A stretch of 64,000 nucleotides of DNA from the human T2T-CHM13v2.0 reference genome, Homo sapiens (GCA_009914755.4 CP068257.2:38752001-38816000); one strand, 5' to 3'; numbered from the stretch's first letter, positions 14,161 to 30,700 are shown. Numbers and translations: made by a program. Notes: generated by a model from the letters alone, not told the origin.

Positions 14161-15347
14161 CGCAAATCGCTCCCCTGGGTTTGGGCCATGGCACAAGTGT
14201 GAGACGGCAAGGCATGGGCAAGCGGAGGTACAACCAGAGTGGGGCAGAAGCCATGAGCACAGAAAGAAATTTAACCTAAAGGTTCAACAGAGCTGGGGTG
14301 AGGAGAAGAAGATGCCAGGTATTGATTCTGAGGGACCTATGGGGTTGGGGTGGCCTTGGTAGAACAAAGGAGTTGGGGTAGGGGAGATTCTGTTTCAGAA
14401 AAGATAAGAGCTCAGCTGTGAGCATGCTGAGTCAGTTAAAATCAAAAAAGTCAAGCTGCAGACAGGGCGTTGGAGACCAAACTATGCTTGTTGAGGAGAA
14501 GCCCTTCATGAGAACTGAAGTTTAGTAACTCCCCAGGAAGGGGAGTGAAGGAAGGCGAGTGAAGGAAGAAGGCCAAGAAAAGACCCAGGAAAGGAGTGAG
14601 AGGAGGCATGGAGGACACAAGCCAGTGTGGCGCTAAGAAAGCCAGGGGAGGAGAGGACTTCTAAAGGATGCTGCAAAGGGCCTCAGCTCCCTGCCTTCCT
14701 ATTGCCATAGCCTTGAGTACATATACAACCTGTACAAAGGGGCAATATTGCCTTTTTGGGAAAATCATGATATTAAATAAGAACATCCATGTAAGAACCT
14801 GACAGAGAAAAGCACTTTAGAGTAGCTCTAATCTGTAATAAAATATGATAAAATATTCTTGCTGAACCAATAAAAATATTAAGTGTCTAAGAGCTAGAAA
14901 TGCACAAAATTGAGTTAAAGAACACTCCACGTCATTACCAAATGACATAATAGAAGCCCTGGATAAATGAAGAGGCATATCCAAATCTAGGATTAGTCAA
15001 CTTAATATTGCAAAAATGTCACCTTTTCACAAGTGAAATGAATTACGTTTTAATTAATTGCTGAACAAAATTTACTTAGAACTTGAACAAATCAATGTAA
15101 ATTAAAATGAGAGATTCTTTTCATACAGGAGATTAGAACAAAAAATAAAATGTTTGAAAATAAGTGGTCTTGACAAAAGGTATGGGAAATAAAAACCTCT
15201 ATAGGTGGGCATGTAAATTGGTGAAGCCTTTTGATTTTTGAAGGGCAACTTGCCAGTATATTTCAAGTGTGAGACTTGCATACTTTTCAATCCCTCTTGC
15301 AACGTCAAAGATTATCCTATGGAAAAACTCAGAAGTGCACACTTTGA

Positions 15348-15795
<448 letters not shown>

Positions 15796-17541
15796 CTATA
15801 CTCTGCAGTTACATAAAAGACAGTAAGGTATATGTACACATACCCTGCAGAAAAATCTCCACTACATAGTCTAAAGTGGTTACATAACAATCTGTAATGT
15901 TATGTACCAAAGGCAGTGGTATATGAATAAATTTGTGTATGCAAATGAACAGAGAGGCCTGGATCAGCAGATATCTGCCCAAATGTTAACTGTGGTTGCC
16001 TCTGAAATCATGAGTGGATTAGAGGAAGGGGAGGAGAAATTATGTTTCATTTCCCACTGTCACGTATTTGAGTATCTTAAAAGAAGACTCTATTAATGTG
16101 CTTCTTGGGTAGTTAAAATGTATTTTGGAAAAAGATGTCAGTGGGTGGTGAGCATATGGACACAGTAGACGTAAACCAAACCCATGTAACACACAACATA
16201 GAAGGAGATAAATTTAGGATGATGTTGCTGTCGGGAGTAGATGCGTCAAAGAGGGCTTTTATTATGCTTGCTTTTCAAGCTGGTCGCTACCTGGACTTGC
16301 CTAAAAGCAGAAGGGGAGACTTTCAATATTCACCCTGGTCTTTGTATTCCCTCCCCTCCAAATACCTCACACAAAAGTTGAATCTGCCATGTAGCTGATC
16401 TCTGTCTCTTCCTGAACTTCTGTGATAATTCCCCATTTCACACATAATTGCATCAGTCCAGTTGATTTGGGTGTCAGAGCTGCCTCCTCAAAATGGCAGT
16501 TGCCTCTCTGAAGACAAAGGGATCCTCTTGTTTGCCCCACTTACCTGCTGCCCCCAAAGGTTTGCACAGTGCTAAATTAAGTGACTGTTTAGAAGATATA
16601 CATACTTCGAGTTTTTTTCTAAAAATAGGATCAGTAAAATAAGGGATCATATTGAGGGGGCAGAGCTCTCACCATATCATTTTATTTAACCTTCTTTGGA
16701 GCCTATTATGTTTATGAGAGTATCATCAAGATATCCAAGAAATAATGAAGCCCCAGCGTGGATCTTGAGCCGCCTGGAAGAAATCATTTGGCTAGAAATA
16801 ACACCATCACATGGGGCATGAGGAATAAGCTTACAATTCTGCTGGATCCAGTATGTAAGGAGAGATTTGGTGTACATATTTTAAATTCTCTCAAAGCAAT
16901 TTCACTAAGACATTTCTTTTATGTAAATAAAATTCTCTCAGTGAAATTCTCCTGCAGTTAAATGAGGCTCAATTATACACTACTAATTTAAGCCTGCATA
17001 CTGCATTCCAACTGTATACCTAATTACCCTATTTAGTTTGTTAATGATCAGATCTTTGTGCAGATATTCAAGTCTGTCACTAATCTTTGCTCTAGTTAGA
17101 TTTCTAGTTGTTTAAAATAATGAATCCTTAGAAAGAATATAATTGTATAATTCCTTTACTTTTAAATGAATCACTTCAAGAATTTTTTATTAAAGAACCA
17201 AAGAAGCTCGTAAAACTTATAAATTGTATTTATTTATTTATACGATGAACAAGATGGTTTTGGCCACTGACATTTGAAAGCAAATATTTCAGTTGGGAAC
17301 ACAGACAAAAAGAGTACATTGACAAAGAAAATAAATCCACTCTCATAAATGCATTTACATGAATTGAGAAACAGAAGTTGACTCTAGTAAAGAGAAGAGC
17401 TGTTTAGATGGTGGGGGTTTGGAGTGGGGTGTGTATGTAAGGATTTCTGAGGACGTGCACTTCAGCAGAGCCACAGAAGGTAGGAAGATAAGAAGGGATT
17501 ATTCATGGATAAGTAGAGCTAAGAACAAGGTTAAAGGAAAA

Positions 17542-18119
<578 letters not shown>

Positions 18120-19051
18120 TTATAGAGATATGGAAAGGGGAAGGAAGAGAATGCTATTGGATGTGCTCGTTGTATCAGGCGGACTCATGTTTAGAAGAGG
18201 TACATCAGCATTATTTACTGTCCCACAAGATTTCTGCATTTTGGGGCTGGAAGGGAATGTGTATTTCAGGTTGACTGTCTGTTCCAGTTGTGGGTGCACA
18301 ATACAGTGCTGATTAAAAAGCAACACATACAAAAAGGAAAAAATAAGTGAAGGAAGGTCAGAGCACGGCACTTCAACCCACAGTGACTATGCTTACCTGG
18401 TCTGTGTTAGCAACCCAAAAGGAATTTAAGACACTGGGCTTATTGGCAAAACACATTGAAAATTAACTGTAAAGTTTGTCTACCTGATACAGATGGCATA
18501 GGATTATGGGAAAGAATCTGGAAAAATAGGAACCACCATAAAGAATGAAACTAACACTATGTTGTGGCCACTTAATATTATGGGATAATGGTTTTTCACA
18601 CTTTGGGTTCACCTACTAATAGGTTGTGAAATCAGTTTCATGGATTGCAGCTTTACTTTTTAAAAAAATGAAATAAAAGAGCATAGAATGTATCAGTGTG
18701 TATCAAATAGTGGTGATAAATATTCTGCAGCTTGTTTCAGTACACCTGTGCATACATAAAGTTATGTGTGTGTTTGTATATTTATGTGTGTATTTATGTG
18801 TATGCATTACTGAGTTCTAAGATAAAATGTCTTTATTCTATGTATCTCTTACTGTGAGTCAGAGCAAAAAATGTTTGAAGAGCCTTTTTCAACATCTTAG
18901 TGATGGAATTGTTACTTTTCTGACTAGGCTTCCGTTTCAAAGCAAGGCTAATCGTCTTTTAGCATCAGCTGGTATACCTTGGATTCTTAAAGTTCTCTCT
19001 TTAAATATTTCTGCATTTTAAATTAAAGATTCCTGCTTTAGCAAGTCCCCT

Positions 19052-19257
19052 AGTTCTTATTCCTGGTAGGGGGACTCTTCACCTGTTCAGGGCTCCTCAC
19101 CAAGACCTAGCAGCCGCCTTGGTCCTCATCTCCTTTGCCTCATCCTGACATTCAGGCCAATTCTATGTCCTATCAGTTCTATTTTCAAAGTATATCTTGT
19201 ATCATTTCCTTGGACATGACACATTTTTTCCCACCTCAAACACATGCTTTGAGACCA
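19052..19257. repeat. Right arm of the long inverted repeat (partner of 17542-18050)
   Basis: GTTCTTATTCCTGGTAGGGGGACTCTTCACCTGTTCAGGGCTCCTCACCAAGACCTAGCAGCCGCCTTGGTCCTCATCTCCTTTGCCTCATCCTGACATTCAGGCCAATTCTATGTCCTATCAGTTCTATTTTCAAAGTATATCTTGTATCATTTCCTTGGACATGACACATTTTTTCCCACCTCAAACACATGC is the reverse complement of the left arm, including the sequence at the Alu target site. Confidence 0.8.
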
Positions 19258-19753
19258 GCAAGTCTATAAGGCCATAGGCTTGGTTGCATTTATAATGGGA
19301 ATAGCAGAGAAAGCAGTTTATTTTTTTAAAACTGCAACATCATTTGAAGGTCTTGGATTACATTTGTTTCCCAATGACACGTGATGATGTCAAAGGAAAC
19401 TATAATGAGTTTACTGAGCTATCCATACAAATGTACATGCAAATATGTATACTTACAAGAACACGCAAGGGTAGAAACCATGTCAGATGCGGTCCCTCGT
19501 GTCACTCCCACTCCACTGCCTTTTGGTTTCAAATAGTCTGACCCCATGAGAATCTTTGAGACTGTCTTTCATGTCACAGAGCCTTGCACTGTGAGAGTAA
19601 CTCAATTCCCTAAATGACTTCCCCAGATCTAGCTTATCACAAACTCCATTGCCTTGCAATAACCTTTGTAACAAAATGGTATTAATAAAATCATGTAGCA
19701 ACTGCCCATCATATGCAGACCTAGTAATGGAATCCAAGTTACCTAAAAGGCTA

Positions 19754-20361
<608 letters not shown>

Positions 20362-21159
20362 TTATCCACTCACTGACTTAGGTGCCTCCACTAGAATTCT
20401 CAGCAGGTTTTTGCAGAAGTAAGTTATCTTCACTATTGCTCTAACACTTCTTAGTCTCCTTTTTCTTTCTTTTCTTTTTTTTTAGACAAAGGAAAAGTAA
20501 ACCGCTGGTTTAGAGTCTTTGGAAGGCAATTGTATCTGACTAGAATTTAATATTATTGTTTTTCTTTCATTGTATTGCATTTATCTGTATGGCTAGTTAA
20601 ACTGATTTTCCATTTAAAAGTAGTAATGCATTTTTTTATAATTACATTGTTTTAAGTAAACAAGAATTATTCAAAGGACAAAAACACTAGCACAGATGGC
20701 ATTCAATGATTGCAGATATCATAAAGATAGTTCATGAATGACAAAGATTTGAGAAGTACTGTGTTCACGATGCTTCCTGGAAGAGGTGGGTTATACAGTG
20801 TTTCTTAGAGAAAGGGATAGGGGTCTACTGCTAGGAGGGAAAGATGAAGCTACTTAGGGGGACTAGGAAACACGCAGTTGGCCTGCCCTCTGCTTGGAGA
20901 TCACAGCCAAGGAAACACAGGAGAGGCACCCCCTGGAGGAGCTCCGTGGGCTGCAGGGCTGACGTGGCCCAGGTAAGTGGGAGTTCAGGGAGGCCCACAG
21001 GTTGGTGCTAGGATAGTGGCAGATGATTTTCATTGTCAGACTGTGAGACAAAAGGTAGACATAAGGGAGGCAGAGGTGAAATCGGGATGGTTAAAACAGA
21101 GAATGCTGAGAGCAGAGCAAGGCAGTTGCTAAAGCTGTTACTAAAACTGGACAGCAGAA

Positions 21160-21463
<304 letters not shown>

Positions 21464-23224
21464 GACAACAGAGATGGACGACGGATCGGGAAAGCCAACC
21501 AGACAGCGTGAGGCCAGGACGGAAAGAGGCACAGGGAGCTCTGCTCAGTGTCGCTACAGGGGATCTCTCAGGCTCACAACGGGCCACTCCTCTAGGGAAG
21601 TTCTGGTCTCATCATGATCCTTGTTTGGTCTCACTCCCCATGTCCTTCTCTGTCCCTCCTCCAACTGCCATTTATTTATTTAACTGAAAAAGTACCAATC
21701 ACCCACATAGGCATGACATACTCATCCATGTACCCATTTCTTAAAATTGATCATTGTTAACATTTGGTGTAATTTGCTTTATTTATTTTTAATGAAATAA
21801 ATAAAACTTTACAGAAAATGCTTTATTTTTCTCTTTGTTCCCTCCCCATCCTATATTTTTCTCCTAAAAAACCCTATTATCAGAAATATTAGTGTGTATT
21901 CCCAGTTTCGACTTTTTATTTTATTACACACACACTCCCACACATAGCTGTGACAATGAACTTCACATAGTATGGTTCTGTATTTTCTCTTTGTTTTTCA
22001 AACTTACATAAGTATTTTACTATTTCTCATGGAAAAACTCACTTTTCCCATCCAACGTTATGTTTCCTTAAGATCTCTCTATGTTGATATAAAGAAATCT
22101 AGCTCATTCTTTTTAATGAAAATAAAGTATATTTTATGAATGTAACTCATGCTAACCATGGCAATAAAAGCTCCATCAAGCATGCATTTAGTTCTGTATT
22201 TTGTTCAATGCTGTATTCCCAGTCCCTAGAACACATACAGAGTAGTGGTTCATTAAATGTTTGTCAAATGAATGAATCAATGAATCCACTCATTTCACTG
22301 CTGACAAGCAGTAAAACTGACGTCAATTTTGCACAAACTTTTACAAGATTCCTCGGCACCCACATAAGAGACGTACTAATACGTCTACCTAGAAATATAT
22401 GTATTGCATTGACAGAATTTGTGTTTTTGGTTTTGTGGGATTCTCTGAAATGCTATGTGACTTCTTAAGGGCTTGGCACATGCTGTAGGCTGTTAATGTG
22501 GCTGAGGGGTTTGGCTCTCACATGACCACTGCAGACAGGCTGTGTGCCACCTGCTCACTTTGTAAGCTTCTCGTCCCCCTCTGACAGCTCTTTGCAATGC
22601 TTTGTCTTTTCTTCAAAACTTTATATATATTTTTTTAAGAAGAAAAATCTGATAAGCCTTTGTCAGAAAAAAGTGGGTGAATTCTTCCAAGTAATAAAAT
22701 AATGCAAAGTATAAAATAAAGAGGATAAACCGATTCACAGCTAGGAATACAAGGTATCTTTGGCCAATGGGATTTTGCCTTCGTGCTTTCAAGCACAGTC
22801 ACTTTCTGTGCAAGGTTGTAAGTGTTCACCATGAGCTTTAGGTGGATCTAGCCCTGTAACAACAAATCACTAGTACCGCTGGATCAAGATTAGTGTACAT
22901 TTGTGTTTAAGCAATATCATGGTCCATTAATTACGTGCACTGCAATTTAATGGCCTTGCAGATCTTAACACTGTGCTTTTATTTCATTTTTGCCTAGGCC
23001 CGCCTCACCGCTAAATATAAATGGAATGAAGCACTTGAAAACAAAAAGTATAAAAATGTGTATATTTTTCATTGCAAAGCAATTCTTAATGGATTTTGTA
23101 AACTTTGCAAAATTAAAAGGAAAATACTGTCAGGACACTAAGCTTCTTCCCAGGTTTTCAGATTCCGAAGCTTTAGTTGAGGGCAGTTGAAGAACCTACA
23201 AGGCTGTTCCGGAGACCTTTGTGA

Positions 23225-23440
23225 ATGTGAATGAACGCCCTTTGCTTCAAAGGCACCTGCCTGGTGCTGAGGAATCGGCCTTGGAGCCGCCGCCCACGCC
23301 GGGCCGCTGCGGGAGAACACTCGGTGCCCCCTGCTGGTCAGACCGAGGCCCCGCAGCGTGGCACAGAGAGCTCCACGGCACGCGTGGTGTGGGAACTGCA
23401 GGCTGAAAAACGCTCCCAGAAATGAAATAGTGAGTGCCCG
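23225..23440. other. Short CpG-dense, GC-rich patch (about 215 bp) in otherwise CpG-depleted DNA; function unknown
   Basis: AACGCCCTTTGC...GAATCGGCCTTGGAGCCGCCGCCCACGCCGGGCCGCTGCGGGAGAACACTCGGTGCCCCCTGCTGGTCAGACCGAGGCCCCGCAGCGTGGCACAGAGAGCTCCACGGCACGCGTGGTGTGGGAACTGCAGGCTGAAAAACGCTCCCAG carries about 20 CpGs in about 200 bp. ORFs overlap on both strands and none is convincingly coding. Confidence 0.3.
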
Positions 23441-26400
23441 TGGATCTGGCACCACCTTAACACTTCCTCGTTAATAACACATGATTTTTGCTTTATTAAC
23501 CTATAAGCACTTCCTATGTTTACACTTCTTGGGTTTTGATAGAAACTCGTGATCAGCAAAATTCTTTCAATGAAAATTTGTCAAATTACTTCTCCACTTA
23601 AAAGTGGAAACAGTGACGTTTTTCTTGAACTCCACGTTTATTTATATTATTTTTTAATTTCATTTTTGCTTTACAACCATCTAATGAATTTTCTTTAGAT
23701 AAAATTCCCTCTAGGATTTTAAGATAAAATTCCCTCTAGGATTAAGTTTTGGTCATTTCTCTCATGAAATGTATGTCAGATTACATTATTTGGAACCTTA
23801 TTTTTCCATTTTTTTTTCAGGTAGTTTAATATAGTCAGTGAATCAGCAGTGAGTTGTAGCAACTTCCATTTCTGACTATGTAAAAAACTAATTATTTTGA
23901 AAACTCTCCAGGTATAAGAAACTTAGACAAGCTGCATAAATCTAACATTGACTTAAATGAACAGCAGGTTTCTCAGGTAAGGAAAGCCCTCTGGGCTCTA
24001 TAAAGGAAGAGGGGGGGTGAATACCTAACAGCAAAGATCTTGTTGATACTACCTATAATTTCCCTGTGACATTTGCACATTTAGGGGGAAAAAACATAGT
24101 TTTAACAGCAATGAGGAAATGGAAGGCTGTTAGTCCTACACAAGTCCTACACAAGAGAAGTCTGCAGAAAAGTACAACTTCACTAAAAGATTGGACCTCC
24201 AAAAAAAAAAAAACAGCCTTTGCAAATACCCTTGCCTTCCTAGCCTAAGCTTTGTGTAGGGATTATGTCTAACCATAGTACTGGCCTTGCTCTGGTTTGG
24301 GATTTGTAGTCTCACTGTCTCCAGGGTCCAGTAGACCTCACTCTAGAAAATAACATATAGTGACTTCGCTTCTAAGGACATCTGGCAGAAGCAAAGACAA
24401 ATAAATCTTCCCTGGAGGAAGGAGCACTGAGAAATGTTTACAGATGAAGCTTGACTCCTCCCTTCCAATCTTGAGCTTCCAGTACCAAACCTCTAACACA
24501 TTAGAGAACAATTTATCATAAAAAGGAGTCAGAAGAAGCAATAGAGGCCTCAGACAATGAAATAACTCGACAATGTTTACACAATAAGTATTTTAAATGT
24601 TGCAAAACTATAGAATTGAATTAAAAATAGGATAAGTGAATAAGAGTATATCATAAAAGATACAAATATTAGATAAACAATAAAATATTTGCAGAATGGG
24701 CAGAAATAAAACACATAACCCTTGACATAAATATTTATATTAGACACAGTTGGGAAAAATTAGTGAACAAGAAAATAAATCTACAGAAATTACTCAGAAT
24801 ATTTCCTAGAGAGAAAAAGAAACATATGGAAGAAAGAAAGATACATATGAAAGAAAGGTTAAGAGACTTGAAGGAGAGATAGAGGAAATCCACAGTTCAA
24901 GGAGAGGGTAGAAAAAAATGGCAGAAAAGCAATATTTGGGAAAACAATTTGGAAATTTCCCAGTATTGATAAGAACCGACAGTTTGCCAATAGCAGGCTT
25001 GCGCCTGGAACTAAAGGATGTGCTTCCAGAAAAGAAATTGTACTCAATAATGAGATGCAAAAAGAAGGGTGGAGAAAGAACGAGGTATGCGTGAGTAACC
25101 CTAAACAAATAATGACTGTATAAAGTGATAATAATGGCAAATATGATTGATATAAAAAGTTAGATGCCTCTAGAACACTGGAAGACAATTGCATTTCAGA
25201 TGGGAGGGAGATCACAGCAGATGGTATCATGAAGTCCTGTGTTTCTCGGTATGAGGTAGGTCAGCGTGCTGTATTTGTGGGTGAAGAAAAGCAATCTCTT
25301 TAGTGCTTTTGACACTTTTCCACAAATTCCATTTCACCCACATCTTAACCTGGCAGGCATCTCTTTACTGTTTGAGAAACCAGACCTTGCTCTTTACAGT
25401 TTCCATAAGGCTGTCATGGTCATTACTCTATTTAATCTTCATAGGAAAATCACGGGAGTTAAGGCCATTTTAAACCCCCCCTCCTCCACTGATAAACCAG
25501 CTGTGTTCTTTGAAAATATTTGATACAACTCTAAGCACTGCAAACTTCACATTCTGGAAAGTGTGTTCAATCCTACTAAAACCTATTACAATCCATTCAA
25601 ATGCACATACCCTATTGGAGTAGGGTGGTATAAATTCACCACTCTGGGTAAGCAAATCTTGCTTTTTAATTTCATTCCCTGTATTTTCTCCCCACATTTT
25701 CCCACTTAGTAATTGTTTATAAATTCCAGGTAGAACATGCTCATTTCATGTTGGCTTTTCTTAGCAATTCTTACAGTAAATGTAGTGTACAGTGTAACTA
25801 CCCTGTGCCATTTAGAAATGGGTGGGATACAATATGGTAAGTTTACTCTTTCCCTCAATGTAATTCAACATGTATTTAATAAAAGTAGGATATTCCTGCA
25901 TAAAAGATGAATAGAAATCCCCCGTGTTTTAAGATAATTTGCTCTCTTCTTGAGAGTACAAAAGGGTTTTCTCCAATGTACATTTTGCTCATTTTTATAT
26001 CTTCTGATAAATTATTCTCATGTCATGCTGAGAAAACTTCACTTGTCATTTGAGCAAGGAAATCAAAAGTCATTATAAATGTCTAGCATTGAAACCATCT
26101 TTCTTTCATTTCCTGACATTAAATTTTAATTAGAGAATATTCTTTTAAATAGCCAATATTTTATGAAGAGAAATAACAAAAAAGAGGACCGTTAAAAAAC
26201 AGCTAATGTTCTAAAAAAGACATCTGATTAGTGGGCACCACTTCTTTCTGGCACATTCCAAAGATATCCACTGTATTTGGCCAGTACCACAATAGATTAT
26301 AGAAAATCTATGCTGAATTACCATAATAGGATTTTTATCATTAATACTGTCCAGGTATATTGATTAAATTATTTGTTAAATTCTCCAAATCATTTTAACC

Positions 26401-27339
26401 ATATGAACCAAGTTGACAAAGAGCTTACCATCTAAAACATAAAGTACATCAGAATCTGGATTTATCTGACTCAGGTTAATGAAAAGAGTGATAAACCACA
26501 CCCTAAACTCTTGTCTTTGAAAGAAGATATAGCCTGTTACCATCGCAGAATGGACAAGTACTCTCGAGAAATCTTCATGTACACTGGCCGACTTGTTTGC
26601 CTGCATTGCTTCCTACCCAATGGCCATGCCACGTGTTCATGCATCAAGGAAGAGAAAACTTAAGAACACAGATTTGGGAAGGATGCAAAAGTGAGAGAAC
26701 AGGTGTGGACGTGAGGACACGGGGAATAAATGAGAAAGAATGTATCCTAAGAGGACGTATTGTGTGGTCAGAGCTACAAGTCTGGGTGTTTCTTCTCATC
26801 AGGCATCATTGAGAATAAGCCTCCTTGGTCACCTGCTCATCCTGTGTCTATCCATTCCCCCACCACCCCACCCTGTCCCTTTCAAATCTCCTGGAGGGGG
26901 AGCTGCACGCATGGACAGGGTGGGGCAAGGGAGAGGCTGGAGCTGTCTCAGCTTCGTTTTGCTTAATCAAGCCTCCTTTGACTATGCTTGCCCAGTTGCA
27001 TGTGCAGTGGTATTCAGACCTGCTCAGCAGGTGGATGAGTCTGATCTTAGTATTCAATCAAAAACTACATTTTTGTTCTTTTGACTCTTCTTCACTGCAC
27101 AGGGGTAAAAAGTGTGGAGTCTATCAGTCAGCTGTTAGACAGCAACCATTTTAGATGGATCCGTAATAGCCAATCAAGAGATGACAATCTCCCTTTAAAA
27201 ACTGACAGGTACAAAAATAAGACCTGAATAATTCATGGAGAGAAGGTGGATAGCCTTGGGTTAGCTGATTGCTGATGCACCCTATTCCGTGCTGTGCTCT
27301 TGGCTTCACCTTCTGATGTGGCATCCACATTATTTTCCC

Positions 27340-27760
27340 AGGGCTGCTGCAACAAAGTACTGCAAACCGGGTGGTTTAAATGATAGCAGGGTATTCTTTT
27401 CCATTTCTGGAGGCCAGCAGTATTATTGGCAGGTCCGTACCTACTCCAATGCCTCAAGGGAAGATCTTCCCTTCTCTCTCCCAGCTTCTGGTAGGCCTCA
27501 ATGACCCTGGATTATGGCAGCGTAATTCCAATCTCCACCTCTATCTTCACATGGCCATGTTCTCTCTGTGTTTAAGTTTTCCCTCTTCTTACAAAAACAC
27601 CAGTCATGTTGGATTAAGGGCCCATCCTACTCCAATACAACTTCATCTTAACTACTTATATCTTCAATGACCCTATTTCCAAATAAGGTCACATTCTGAG
27701 CCACTGGCGCATTAGAGCTTCAATATCATTTGAGGGGACACAATTGAATCTATTATAACA
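27340..27760 (-). mobile_element. MaLR LTR (MLT1-like), reverse orientation
   Basis: CCAGGGCTGCTGCAACAAAGTACTGCAAACCGGGTGGTTTAAATGATAGCAGGGTATTCTTTTCCATTTCTGGAGGCCAGCAGTATTATTGGCAGG...CTTCACATGGCCATGTTCTCTCTGTGT...ACAAAAACACCAGTCATGTTGGATTAAGGGCCCATCCTACTCCAATACAACTTCATCTTAACTACTTATATCTTCAATGACCCTATTTCCAAATAAGGTCACATTCTGAGCCACTGG is the reverse complement of the MLT1 consensus theme. Confidence 0.6.
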
Positions 27761-30700
27761 TCTCAAAGCAGCTCATTCCTTGCCTACCTCAGGTAGCAAC
27801 AAGCTTAAAATAAAAGAAAGAAAACTGTATCTATGGTTCTTTGCAAGTGTAGGGAGTGGAGGGAGACCTTCTCACTATGGAAAAATATTTCAAGGTATAT
27901 AACATTTCATATTGGATGATGCAGACCGCATGAAATCATTGTGCTCCTTAAACAATCCCTGAAGGTCCAACCATACCAGCAAATGCTGCAATATAAATAA
28001 TATTCACAAAGACAGGTGAGAGCTATTGCCTTACCAGGGGCTGGACTCATGGCTGTTAGAATGAGCAGCAATGAGTATTCTATTCACTCACTTTGGCTTT
28101 AAATAAGAAGCCAATTTTACGCTTAAAAATCGCTGAGTGCATAAACACAAACATATAGAAATCTGGAGGGAGGCTAAATTTTACACAGTCTACCCACCTG
28201 CTGTTTGAAATAAGAGTGCTATAGTTAATGTAAATTACGTGCAAAGAATGCAGATTGAGAAGATTAGAGAACCATCAACTTAGTTTGATCAAATGATACA
28301 ATGTGCTTGAAAGTAATTTAATACAACCATAGAGCATTTCAATGTTTCTTTCTTTGGAAGGGGACTTTTTAAAATTTTATCAGTTTCATACTATGATTTA
28401 TCCTTCTCTCCAGGGTTGTTCATACTGTGGAGTTTTTCTACAGGTTAGCGTAAGCTTGAGCAGTGTCAGTGACAGGATGTCTCCCCACTGGTGCATGATG
28501 ATTTCTCCTACAGTGTCCCACATAGCATCAGGTATGTTCACTCAATACATACTTGCTCACTGCAAATATTTAGAGAAGTGTATTACCACATTGCTGTTAT
28601 CGGAAATTTCTCGTTGCAAAAATTAGAAGATTGCTAACTACAAAAATCTCATTTTGAGTATGGTATGTTGACACAATTTGCACAGACTAGGCATTAGAAT
28701 GTGACTCTGGGTCATCTCACACGCCAGGAAGTTTGGCTAGCCCCTTCTTTCTTCCCAGAGAGAAAGCACCTCTCCAAGGGGGAAGCAGATGTGAAAAAGA
28801 GCATGGAGTTCGGGCTGTGGGAACCACGCCGGTGAAATACCCACCTGAGGCTGAGTCTTCATAAGGTAGTTGCCTTGACCAGTCTTTTCAAAAGTCATTT
28901 CTTATTTCCTTCATTATCTCCATGGTTATTCTACATATCCTCGTCTGGCATCCAACACACATCTTAAATCTCATATTCAAATATTGGGTAAATGAGAGGA
29001 ATTCCTTTATTTTAATCCTCAGTACTTCCTGAACATGCAAACCTATTAGTACTATAAAAATTAATGCCTATAAGTGATATTTATGTACAGGTATTAAGAA
29101 TAATAATCATGTATTATTCTAGTGTGGGTTAAAGATAAACAGTGTTTGATAAATATTTGGAAAAATCTAAGAGCAATAAAACAAGCCTCAAATAGTCAGA
29201 TCAGAGGTTCATCTATAGGCCACACTCTTCCTAAAATGATATGTATTTTTTAAATAGTTATAGGATGAGAGTGGATTAGAAAATGGTACTCCTGTAAAGC
29301 ATATATTTTCAACGATTTCCTAAGAAACTAACCAACACGACGTAGAAAGTAATAATCACATGAATTTATTGTAAGTATCCTTCGAGGTCAGAAAGAAGGG
29401 TAGAACACAAGTTCTTGTAACACTGGAATTGGAATTCCAGGATGGGGAATGTGTTATGTATCTCAGACGCAGAAGGGAAAGAAGCCACCACGTACAGAAC
29501 GGTGAAGCCTCTGGGTCTACTCCCAAACACGAGCATTTCCCCCAGGTCCTGCCAAGCTCTGCAAGATGCTATTGAAGAGATGCTTCCCATAAAGGACCAA
29601 AGAGCAGTAGTACAGTGAATATAACCTCAGAAGCAATGTCCACAACTCAGTGAAATTTTTCAAAGCATGACACAGCTTGGCCAGAGCTCCTTAGGAAGCC
29701 ACAAGGTCAACTGTTAATCATGAAAAAAATTTTAACACATTCAAAAGATATAATAAAATTTACAATTCAACCCCCAAATCAAGTACTAAAAAGATCAATG
29801 AGCTGATACACATGTACAGAATTATTAGTGCATGTTAGATATCAGGCAAATTTTGCTTCCTTGACATCAAGTGTAAGCCCATATTTAATGCACGCAGCTC
29901 CAAAGGCTGGTTCCCTAATATCGGCTCCAAATTGAGACCACAAAGTCTTCTTGGATGAAAGATTTAGAATGCCCTCAAATCTAAAGAGTGCAGACTTAAA
30001 GGTATACTGCCAAAGAAAGGTAATGATTTCTCAGTCTCTCCCACTTCAAAGCCATACCCAAAGGCTCTGGCACCTTCCCCTTCATCATCCAGGAATCTCC
30101 AGATCCACGTGCATGACCTCTGATGCGGAGCAGCACTCAATCCATAACAGCTCCACGAACAGGGAATACATGGATGAGTCTTCATTAAGATTTAAACATG
30201 AAAAGACATGTTCCCAGCCCTTTTGTGAGCTTGTGCTTTGGAGGAGAAAATACAACGAAAATTCTAGAAAGCCACTTTACTAAATGTATATGTTTTTATA
30301 GGCATATTTTTTTAAAATCAAGGTAATAGGAAATCCATATTATCATTTTATAAAACTTTAACTTACATTTTTTTCTGACTACAAGTATAGGCACAGTGTG
30401 AAAAATCTGAAAAATAAAAACTAGAAAGAATAAAATATAAATCCCACATAATTCCATTACCAAGGATGAACAGCTGAACACCAGAGCTGACCATTATTAA
30501 CATGTTTGCATATATCCGTCTATGCTTTTTTCTACATATATATAGTATTTAGATAATTGAGATTAAACTGTTATTTAAATAGCTTTCCATTCAGCTTATT
30601 TTATTTGATCCTTTTATGAGATTCATGTGCTCAATGAATATTGTATGAATGTTGCTAAATTATGAGTGGCTACCTGTCATTTGAATGCTTTAATACATCA

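Noticed and set aside
24840-25260. Purine-rich segment with two minus-strand ORFs (100 and 123 aa), possibly an L1 ORF1-like remnant
   Set aside because: I could not match it convincingly to any repeat consensus or protein family by eye, and the ORFs are Ser/Leu/Phe-rich low-complexity. It is left unannotated rather than guessed.
26740-27154. Cluster of four overlapping ORFs (68-114 aa) on both strands in a moderately GC-rich stretch
   Set aside because: The ORFs are mutually overlapping in different frames, which is incompatible with coding. The composition is Pro/Gly/Trp-rich and driven by local GC content (CCCCACCACCCCACCCTGTCCC...). No splice-site or domain support.
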